From the NCBI GenBank assembly GCA_947259955.1, contig CAMYOI010000010.1, forward strand, positions 4,185 to 28,184: DNA of 24,000 nt, read 5' to 3'. This document shows, piece after piece, positions 17,201-24,000 of the stretch. The DNA is from an uncultured Gammaproteobacteria bacterium. GTDB taxonomy: Bacteria; Pseudomonadota; Gammaproteobacteria; Arenicellales; JAANXG01. Position 1 is the stretch's first letter. Each line of letters opens with the position of its first letter. The notes beneath the pieces are model-generated. The model did not search any database. It was not told where the DNA came from and saw only the letters and a list, made by a program, of their open reading frames with translations. A program made the position numbers and the translations under genes.

Positions 17201-17521
17201 GTTGTAGGAGTATGTCGTGGTCCGGCCCTCCTCGCCCATTTTCCGCACGAGGTTGTTGTTGGCATCGTAATGCCGTGTTTCACCCTTGCCGTCGGCGCGG
17301 CTGAACCTGGAGGTGAGTCGATACGCACCCAGGTTTTTCTGGTAGGTGTAGTCCCACCGTTCCCCAACCGGATCGGTAACGATCGTCGCAGTCGATCCGG
17401 TAACGCCAATCTGGTTCGCTGACGATACGGATACCCAGGCATTGGCCATCAGAAAAAATGCTCCTGCAAGTAAAAGTATCTTTTTGGTAGACGCCTTATT
17501 CTGTTCATGAGCAGATCCCAT
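14282..17521 (-). CDS. RHS/YD-repeat polymorphic toxin with Sec-type signal peptide and an unrecognised C-terminal domain
   Basis: It carries many YD repeats (YxYDxxGN/R type) across about 900 aa. The canonical RHS core end is present: [10 protein letters not shown]...[36 protein letters not shown]...[11 protein letters not shown]. I place the start at the ATG at 17521 ([35 protein letters not shown]), because GGAGGT lies 7 nt upstream and a signal peptide follows. The track start at 17644 adds 41 unlikely Arg-rich residues. The C-terminal domain after DPLGL spans 14285-14716 (144 aa). Confidence 0.9.
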   Translation of the reverse strand: [1079 protein letters not shown]

Positions 17522-17770
17522 TCTTGATACCTCCATGTACCGGGTGTTTATGACGGGGGCTAGCCGGAACCGGCGCCCTGCCCTCCGCCGTCCTAATCTG
17601 TCGACTTGGTGAGCGTAGCATCGGTCCCAGCTCGTTTTCCTCACCCATTTAGGTGAAATTTCCAGTCTTCAGATTTGAAAGCACCGTGTGAACACTGTGT
17701 AAAATTTCCGGATGTTGACGACAATCCGGTCAGGCGGGCGTCCTTTGGTGATATGATTCGATCCCGGTAC

Positions 17771-17798
17771 TTGTGTCGAATAGCGACTCGTCTATAAC
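17771..17798 (+). promoter_or_regulatory. candidate sigma70-type promoter for the 17963 gene
   Basis: TTGTGT (17771-17776), a 16-nt spacer, then TATAAC (17793-17798), followed by TATAAA. This is a pattern match only, in a 440-bp divergent intergenic region. Confidence 0.25.
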
Positions 17799-17962
17799 TA
17801 TAAATTGAGGCTAACAAACACAAAGATGCCAAATAGACCACGGCTGCAGGTGCAATTCGGGTATTCACTTGAATCTGCGTGTGGGGTAACCATGAAAGAC
17901 GGCTGTCGCCAACACGGAAAAACGCTCGGACGGTCGGAGCCGCCGCCTGACTGGAGCCTCCG

Positions 17963-19561
17963 ATGGATCTAGTCAAACCTGCACCGGAAACGACGGATCT
18001 CGAGCGGAATTACCTACCCGGGAAACGGGTGAAAATCAGGGATCTTCGAAAGCTTGTGCTTTCTCACTCGGTAAAACCCGGTAAATGCGTACGGGCGATA
18101 TCGGTAGCGGCAACTCAATTGGCGTTCGACGATCTGGATACCGTTTCCAAGTTAAAACGCCTCGCCAATTATCGAGTCATCGTACAGGTTCTCAAACCAC
18201 ATCTGAACGACCAGATGGCCGGCCCGCTGATTCCTCGGGGTACTACGGACACCGCCTTGTATGGCGAATGCGACCGGATGTATTCGAACCTCGCCGACGC
18301 CGCCGATCGGGTTCTGCTGTCGGCCACGGATGATGACCCTTTATCACATAAACAAAAACACCAGGCCGCCCAATCGGGCTACTGGGCGATAGAGTTTCTT
18401 GCCGAACGGCTGAGATGCGCCTACAGTTGCTACGCTCGTGTACCCCTCGGTGTCTGGTCGGATATTCACCGAATTTACCAGTACGCCACCACAAGAAATC
18501 TCGAACACAAAATAGTAGAAATCGGGAAAGGCTTGGAAACAAGCGATATTGAACATCTCTATAAGCGCGTCGTGGTTTTTGGGTTGAGCGACCCCTATCA
18601 GCTGCCGTTTCGGAGCGTACACAGCGTGTTCGACAGCCTGGACGAATGGGCATCCAAGGTACGGCTCGAACACGAACCGATTAGAAACAGTTGCCTGTTC
18701 GAAATCAACCTCGATACGGATTTCCCGGCAATGCCGGTATTGAACCGCCGGAGGGCTGCGGACGATAAATCCGTCATATACGTCGACACCTCCCGGTTGG
18801 TGGGGTTTCTAAACAAAAACCTAATCGAAATCAACGACGCAACAAAATCCCCCAACGCAAGCCAGCGAAAGATAAACGAGGAACTCGAGCACGCGGACAT
18901 CGTGAAGAAGCTCATTGTCAAACTCGGCATACAACCCTATCGAAGAGCCGATCGAACACAAGAGGAAAGAAAATGCCAGGCCGCGGTCGGTCTGCATTCG
19001 GTCGTACACGTCATTCAAAAGTCCGGCGAACCGGACTCAATGGAACCCAACAATTTCAATGTAAAAACAATCGATCTGATTGATGAAAGCGAATTCGGAG
19101 CACGAATACGAATAAGCAACGGCAATCAAAAGGAAACACCCATCGGAGAACTGATTGCGATTAGGAAAGGTAACGACACCTGGTCGATCGGTCTGATTCG
19201 ATGGGTGCAGATCGATAAAGACAAGCAAATTCAGGCGGGCGTATACAAATTCATAGACAATTACGTACCGGTCTTCGTGAAGCAGCTGTCATCACTGGAG
19301 GAGAAACCAATATCCCCGCCGTCGATTCCTGGGATTTGGACCATCAGGGAAAAGAAAGATCAACGACTGGCGTCTTTGATCGTCGCCGCGGGGACTTATA
19401 AACCGAAACAAACCGTTATCGTCAGCAAGGGAAAGGTTGAACACGCTCTGGAAATGCAAGAGGTGATCCTTTCCAGCCGTCATTTCGTTTGGTTCAACGT
19501 CAGCCTGTCCGGATCAAACCCTAAATTAACCCTCGAATTGCTGCACCCGATTTATATATAG
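17963..19561 (+). CDS. 532-aa protein of unknown function with a PilZ-like (c-di-GMP-binding) motif pair in its C-terminal half
   Basis: Long ORF with GGAG 8 nt upstream of the ATG. RRADR (aa 327-331, RxxxR) and DESEFG (aa 374-379, DxSxxG) are followed by GELIAIR...WSIGLIRWVQI...AGVYKF, which resembles PilZ beta-barrel strands. The motif spacing (42 aa) is longer than in canonical PilZ domains. The N-terminal ~320 aa are unrecognised. The gene is AT-richer than the flanking genes. Confidence 0.6.
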   Translation: MDLVKPAPETTDLERNYLPGKRVKIRDLRKLVLSHSVKPGKCVRAISVAATQLAFDDLDTVSKLKRLANYRVIVQVLKPHLNDQMAGPLIPRGTTDTALYGECDRMYSNLADAADRVLLSATDDDPLSHKQKHQAAQSGYWAIEFLAERLRCAYSCYARVPLGVWSDIHRIYQYATTRNLEHKIVEIGKGLETSDIEHLYKRVVVFGLSDPYQLPFRSVHSVFDSLDEWASKVRLEHEPIRNSCLFEINLDTDFPAMPVLNRRRAADDKSVIYVDTSRLVGFLNKNLIEINDATKSPNASQRKINEELEHADIVKKLIVKLGIQPYRRADRTQEERKCQAAVGLHSVVHVIQKSGEPDSMEPNNFNVKTIDLIDESEFGARIRISNGNQKETPIGELIAIRKGNDTWSIGLIRWVQIDKDKQIQAGVYKFIDNYVPVFVKQLSSLEEKPISPPSIPGIWTIREKKDQRLASLIVAAGTYKPKQTVIVSKGKVEHALEMQEVILSSRHFVWFNVSLSGSNPKLTLELLHPIYI

Positions 19562-19615
19562 TGAATCATTTAGAGTTTACGGTTTCTGTAACCGGGCAAT
19601 ATTGCAAAATGTGCT

Positions 19616-20077
19616 TCAAATCAGCAGCGCATAGCTGAAAAATTCTTCGTCCTTTTTATACCCCAGCGACTCGTACAGGTGCTGAGCATGCTTGTTGGTG
19701 TGGTGTGTTTCCAGTTGGATCCGGCTCACACCCGCCGCTCGGGCATGTTCCTCCGCACGTTTCATAAGGGCCCTGCCGATTCCGCGGTTTCGGGCTTCGA
19801 TGCGAACGAACAGGTCATACAACACGAAGATTCTTGCGGCCGCCACTGAACAATACGTTGGATAGAGTTGAGTAAATCCCAGCGCAGACCCGTTGTCGGG
19901 ATCGACGGCGAGGAGAACGATTGATTCCGAGCGCGTAATTCGTTTGTAGATGAAATTCCGACACTTCTTCAGGTCCGGTTCCTGGTCATAGAATTGCCGG
20001 TACAGGTCGAACATCTCCGCTACCGCGTCTACATCATCAGCAGTAGCATGCATAATTTTCACGTCTGCATAGTTCAT
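19616..20077 (-). CDS. GNAT-family N-acetyltransferase
   Basis: 153-aa ORF with the acetyl-CoA-binding motif ARNRGIGRALMKRAEEHARAAG and C-terminal YESLGYK. Its start overlaps the cyclase stop (ATGA, 20074-20077). Confidence 0.85.
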   Translation of the reverse strand: MNYADVKIMHATADDVDAVAEMFDLYRQFYDQEPDLKKCRNFIYKRITRSESIVLLAVDPDNGSALGFTQLYPTYCSVAAARIFVLYDLFVRIEARNRGIGRALMKRAEEHARAAGVSRIQLETHHTNKHAQHLYESLGYKKDEEFFSYALLI

Positions 20078-21313
20078 GGCGAGTGCCCTGCTGCCAGCGG
20101 AGGGGCGTATACGGGGACCGGACTATCCACGCCGCGGAGTTCGTACTCACCCACCCTGACCCACGTATCTTCCATGTTATCCGCAAAAGCCTTGCTGACG
20201 AGGATGCGCATTCCTACCGTCTTGGTCAACGACTCAAGCCTGGCAACTTGGTTAGCCGCGGGACCCACCACGGAAAACTCCACGCGCTCGGGCACCCCGA
20301 TGTTTCCGAACAGCACTTCCCCGACATGCAGGCCCAGTCCGAAATCCAACGTGGGCTCACCACGCGAACTGCGCTCCTTGTTTACACGAGCCATGTTCGC
20401 CTCGGCCGCCCGAGCCGCCTCGATCGCGAATCGACACGATTCCGTGGCGTCGCGTTCGCTTCGAATTGGAAAGATCGCGAGTACGGCGTCGCCGATAAAA
20501 CGCAGCACCTCGCCATTGTGCTTCAGCACGGCTCCAGCCGTGGACTCGAAATACTCGTTGAGTGCACGCAGAAAAGCCTCGCCCGTCATCGAGTCGGCGA
20601 GCTGCGTGGAGTGGCGCATGTCGCTGTACCAGATCACGGCACGTATGGTTTCCCCGTCACCCCGCCTGATCTGCCCGTTCATTACCCGCCTGCCCGCACC
20701 GGGCCCAAGGTAGGCGGCAAGGATGTTTTCTGTGAGCTTCTTTTGAATATTGATCTTGAACGCCACCGCGACCCTCTGCTCTATCCTCTGCAGTGACCGG
20801 ATGTCGTCGTTGGTGAAACCGTTTTTTGCGATCCGTACACCAGGAACCTATGATCCCGCCCCCGACCTCCCGTTTAGCGGATCCATCAAAACTGACCTTG
20901 AAGGTCAGGTAGTCGGTAAATTCCCGACCCGCCAGCTCTCCGAGAAGCTCGAAATCGAGTATGGCGGACTCTCCGATCAACCGTCGTCGCAGATGCGGTA
21001 TATCGTTCTCGACCATGTGGAACATCGGACTCTTTAGCCAGGCGTCCTGATCATGGCCATGCATATAGCTCTGCAGTTCCAGACCCCGATCCCGTTCCCA
21101 GTGAAGGGCCTGCGCCTGATACAGGGGGTGCAAAACTCGAAAAGTGACGTGGCAGCGTGCAACAGGGATCCCCGCGGCATACAGCCGCTTGCACGTCCCC
21201 TCGAATATTTCCTCCAGCGGGGCGTCACCGAGTGACTGATCGACCAGCCAATCGGCAAGCGTATCGATCAACGGGTTGCCGCGTTCATAATCGTCACGCC
21301 GAAAGGTTGCCAT
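20074..21313 (-). pseudogene. class III adenylate/guanylate cyclase with an N-terminal uncharacterised domain, frameshifted in a homopolymer
   Basis: The ORFs at 20657..21313 (N-terminal domain) and 20074..20766 (catalytic domain) are offset by one nucleotide. The catalytic domain has IWYSDMRHST, FIGDAVLAIF, GLHVGEVLFGNIG and VVGPAANQVARLES. The frames meet at a T6 run (20822-20827; A6 on the coding strand). Reading it as A5 gives ...GSWCTDRKNGFTNDDIRSLQRIEQRVAVAFKINIQ... and a 412-aa product. Confidence 0.8.
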
Positions 21314-21377
21314 GGGGTGGATACCCTCACCAAATACCGGTTTTCCCGGTTAAGTTTGAAAGCCCACCGCGCGTGAC

Positions 21378-21647
21378 TCAGTATCTGCGTCTGTTCCTGC
21401 TTTTTTCCCTGGGCTGGGCCTGGTTGAGTTTTATTTTCCGGCCTTTGAAATTTGAATCATTCAGGCCCTTAATGGCGGCGTCGGCCTCGCTGTTGTCGTT
21501 CATTTCAACGAATCCGAATCCTTTCGACTGGCCCGTGTGTCTGTCTTTGATAAGTTGCACGCTGTCCGCTGTTCCAAATGGCGACAATAATTCCACGATT
21601 TCTTCTTCGGTTGTGCTGTAACTCAGGTTTCCGATATAAAGTTTCAT
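21378..21647 (-). CDS. RRM (RNP-1) domain RNA-binding protein
   Basis: 89-aa ORF with RNP-2 LYIGNL, RNP-1 KGFGFVEM and a short basic tail (REKSRNRRRY). It is a typical bacterial single-RRM protein. Confidence 0.9.
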   Translation of the reverse strand: MKLYIGNLSYSTTEEEIVELLSPFGTADSVQLIKDRHTGQSKGFGFVEMNDNSEADAAIKGLNDSNFKGRKIKLNQAQPREKSRNRRRY

Positions 21648-21846
21648 TCAGTGTATCTCAGCTTTGTATTGAACATCCCTCACCATTCGGTCAACACTTT
21701 AGTTTCAGCCAGGCAACGATCCCGTACGATGGCGTCCGTTGCAACCGCCGGTATGTCGCCGTTGAACTGAGCAACATGTCCAGGCAAGAGAACCAGATTG
21801 AGTATGCGAGTTTTCTACTTACGCAGATATCAAGTTTATCAGACAT

Positions 21847-21864
21847 CCTGCTGAAAAGAGCAGG
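21847..21864 (-). terminator. hairpin 13 nt downstream of the helicase stop
   Basis: cctgct (21847-21852), loop gaaaag, agcagg (21859-21864): a 6-bp stem. There is no strong U-tract on the minus strand. Confidence 0.3.
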
Positions 21865-21877
21865 TATTTGATGGGGG

Positions 21878-24000
21878 CTAGTGCGTCCGGTTGCTCAGGC
21901 CGGGCAGCGGCTGTACCAGCGCGTTCCGGGCCTGCCACTGCTCGCCGCTGTCAAGCTCGGCAATAAACCGCACCTCCCGCTCGCTTTGCGTGGCGATGGG
22001 TAATCCGTCGCGGAGTAGAATCCGTTGCCGTGAGCTAAGTGGAATTCGATCGCCCGGAATGATCGTTCCAACAAGGTTCAATGGATCCGAAGCCTCTATG
22101 GCAATCATCTCCCCGGACGCGTCCGCCCGCCGCGCGCTGCGCAGTTGCGCCACGGCTTCCGGAATCGCGAACTGCTCGCCGGAGAAACCGGCAACGAATC
22201 GCCCTCCCCTGATCTCACCGCGGGCTTCCAGTCTGCGAAACGCGATCAGCAATTCTCTCCAGGTCGGGATCACTGCCGCTTCACGCTCGAGCAGTTTCCG
22301 GAACACGACGCCATAGCGCCTGAGCAGCCCCTTGGCGACGCCCTCGGTTTTCTGCTCATTGTCCGTAGCAGCTCGGCGGTTGAGGCTCCAGCGACCCGAC
22401 TCCGGCATGGCGCCATTTTCCACCTCGATCAGGTATCGCAAACCGTGGAAACCGTCGCACCCGGCGATACCGCGGGCGACGAGCTGCTTCAGCCCATTCA
22501 ATACCTCCGCTTCGTCCAGCCCGCCGACAGAGAGGATTTCATCGAAAAACAACGCGCCGTCCTGCTGCAGTACATGGTGTACGTCACGAGCAAATCCCGA
22601 CAGCTCCTGTACATCTGTCCCGCGCCGTTGCCATATTGTCATGTTGCGCCTTGCAACAAAGGTAATCGACGTTGAGTTGCGAATGCCCGGCCGCTCCGAA
22701 GTGTTACCGGCCGTAAGCCATCGATACCGTCCGGACATACAAACGCTGTCCAGCATAGCCGATTCGAAGCCGGACAGGCGTGCCGGCAGGATGCCTGTGA
22801 CCCATGCCTTGACAGGTGCAAAGTAACCCTCCAGCTGCTGCATAACGTCGACCAGCGCCAGATCGCCCTGACGGCGTTCGGCAGCGGAAAGTCCCTGCCA
22901 GTTGACCAGAAATCGCATGTAATCCGCCGCGGAAACCGGCTCGATTTCCATTCGTAAACGCTTCACCGTGTAGCGGTTGATTCGCGCAAGCAGCCGCCGC
23001 TCGCACCATTCATTTCGGGCCCCGGTAAAATCCCCGCGCATTACAAAACCTTCTGTTTCCAATCCGGTTAGTGCATGATCTATCTCGCTTTTTTCACAGC
23101 CCAGAAGGATGACCAGCTCCTCGACGCTTATCGGTCCCGCGCCCTCCATTCGGCTGCGCACGAGTTCCAGTAACGCCTGTTCGCGATCCGCGCACTCGAA
23201 ACCACGGACACTGACGGCCGGTATCATGGGCGAGCATTCAGCTTTCGGGTGCACCATGAGCCACTGCTGGAGACGCTCCGCCGCCACCCAGAGCCGGTGT
23301 GAGCCGTCCGGGGACAGGATGGTGGCCCGCTTGTCCCGGATCAGTTGTTCAAAAAACGAACCCCAACGGCCGCGAATTCCTTCCGACTCCCTGACCCCCC
23401 CGAGGGTTAGCAGTGCGTCATGGAGTTCGTCCGGGTCCCGCGGTCGCGGCCAGGCCTCGTCCCTGACCCGGGCAATGGCGTCGGGATCGAGTTTGCCAAG
23501 CTGCGCCGCGGTTTCCACGTCGAGGAATCCACGCGCCTGAACCGCACTGGTTCGGCGTTCCTCCGCAGGCGCGTCGTCCAGAAATGCGTATGGCTTTGCC
23601 GTCAGGATTTCCTGCGCCAGCGGGGAAGGCAGCGCCAGTTCCCGGGTTACCACATCGATCGCACCCGATTCGATGCCCCGGATGACAACCTCCAGACCTT
23701 CGACATCCATGGCTTCATACAGACAGTCCGCGATGGTTTGATCCACCAGCGGATGTTCGGGCACCTCACGCTCCCCGGCAATGTTTTCAAAGCACGCGAG
23801 CTGATCGGGAAACACAACCGCGACCAGATCTTCAGCATTCATCCGCTGGAGCTGCGGCGGCACGCGCTTGCCGTTTCTGTTTCTCTGCAGCGCCAGCGCG
23901 GTTGTCGCTGCCCAGCGCCAGCGTGTCGCGAACAACGGCGTGTCCAGCAGGGCCTGGATCAGGATGTGCCGCACCGTGTCCGGTTTGAGATAACCGCGCA
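21878..24000 (-). CDS. lhr: Lhr-type large ATP-dependent (DEAD/DEAH-associated) helicase, C-terminal ~707 aa; N-terminal helicase core lies outside the window
   Basis: The frame stays open beyond the track's internal GTG at 23974 up to base 24000 (...RGYLKPDTVRHILIQALLD...). The sequence FPDQLACFENIAGEREVPEHPLVDQTIADCLYEAMDVEGL and the following region match what I recognise as the Lhr DEAD-associated and C-terminal region. Confidence 0.8.
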   Translation of the reverse strand, partial: RGYLKPDTVRHILIQALLDTPLFATRWRWAATTALALQRNRNGKRVPPQLQRMNAEDLVAVVFPDQLACFENIAGEREVPEHPLVDQTIADCLYEAMDVEGLEVVIRGIESGAIDVVTRELALPSPLAQEILTAKPYAFLDDAPAEERRTSAVQARGFLDVETAAQLGKLDPDAIARVRDEAWPRPRDPDELHDALLTLGGVRESEGIRGRWGSFFEQLIRDKRATILSPDGSHRLWVAAERLQQWLMVHPKAECSPMIPAVSVRGFECADREQALLELVRSRMEGAGPISVEELVILLGCEKSEIDHALTGLETEGFVMRGDFTGARNEWCERRLLARINRYTVKRLRMEIEPVSAADYMRFLVNWQGLSAAERRQGDLALVDVMQQLEGYFAPVKAWVTGILPARLSGFESAMLDSVCMSGRYRWLTAGNTSERPGIRNSTSITFVARRNMTIWQRRGTDVQELSGFARDVHHVLQQDGALFFDEILSVGGLDEAEVLNGLKQLVARGIAGCDGFHGLRYLIEVENGAMPESGRWSLNRRAATDNEQKTEGVAKGLLRRYGVVFRKLLEREAAVIPTWRELLIAFRRLEARGEIRGGRFVAGFSGEQFAIPEAVAQLRSARRADASGEMIAIEASDPLNLVGTIIPGDRIPLSSRQRILLRDGLPIATQSEREVRFIAELDSGEQWQARNALVQPLPGLSNRTH

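Noticed and set aside
17522-17644. Track start of the RHS ORF at 17644 (MRKTSWDRCYAHQVDRLGRRRAGRRF...)
   Set aside because: The extra 41 residues are Arg-rich with no RBS. The ATG at 17521 has GGAGGT 7 nt upstream and is immediately followed by a Sec signal peptide.
17641-17976. 111-aa minus-strand ORF between the RHS gene and the PilZ-like gene
   Set aside because: It overlaps the start of the 17963 gene and the region just upstream of the RHS start, has no motifs or RBS, and has non-coding-like composition.
20815-20835. Programmed ribosomal frameshift or transcriptional slippage at the A6 run in the cyclase
   Set aside because: The required shift is +1 with no recognisable stimulatory element, and six A residues are shorter than the runs that usually support productive transcriptional slippage. 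A simple indel or sequencing error is more parsimonious.
19616-21313. Cyclase-based antiphage signalling (Pycsar/CBASS-like) interpretation of the cyclase-GNAT pair
   Set aside because: There is no cNMP-binding effector, TIR, transmembrane or nuclease effector adjacent. The cyclase has a sensor-type N-terminal domain typical of housekeeping signalling cyclases.
1-24000. Search for CRISPR arrays, IS elements or transposases, integrases, and rRNA/tRNA genes
   Set aside because: I saw no regularly spaced repeats, no transposase or integrase-like ORFs, and no sequence that folds into a canonical tRNA. The only exact repeat of note is the 95-bp tandem duplication.

Overview
This is a 24 kb chromosomal-looking window from a moderately GC-rich, apparently Gram-negative (proteobacterium-like) genome; I cannot name the organism from sequence alone. 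I support 21 protein-coding loci and found no rRNA, convincing tRNA, CRISPR array or IS/transposase. In order:
- FAAL-type acyl-AMP ligase (partial) and an acyl carrier protein on the minus strand, with a divergent DUF374 acyltransferase-like gene.
- A Cys-rich zinc-ribbon ORFan.
- A minus-strand operon of TrxR-like ferredoxin-NADP reductase, a Cys/Met PLP enzyme and a GFA-family protein, behind a 513-bp non-coding leader.
- A hypothetical Arg-rich protein carrying a perfect 95-bp tandem duplication.
- A frameshifted EamA/DMT transporter.
- A 766-aa APH-kinase::class-III aminotransferase (phospho-lyase-like) fusion.
- An XRE regulator divergent from a PspA/IM30 gene that is translationally coupled to a 449-aa polytopic membrane protein.
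- A visibly AT-richer block holding a Sec-signal RHS/YD-repeat toxin with an unrecognised 144-aa C-terminal domain, a coupled 3-TM candidate immunity gene, and a divergent 532-aa protein with a PilZ-like motif pair.
- GNAT acetyltransferase coupled to a frameshifted class III nucleotidyl cyclase.
- A bacterial RRM RNA-binding protein.
- The C-terminal ~707 aa of a long Lhr-type helicase (partial).

The best candidates for something new are the RHS C-terminal toxin/immunity pair and the XRE-PspA-membrane module, which lacks the canonical PspF/PspBC partners. Three genes carry specific, reconstructable frame-disrupting lesions: the 95-bp duplication, a 5-bp duplication and a T6/A6 homopolymer. 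These need read-level verification. All functional calls come from motif recognition by eye; no database search was run.
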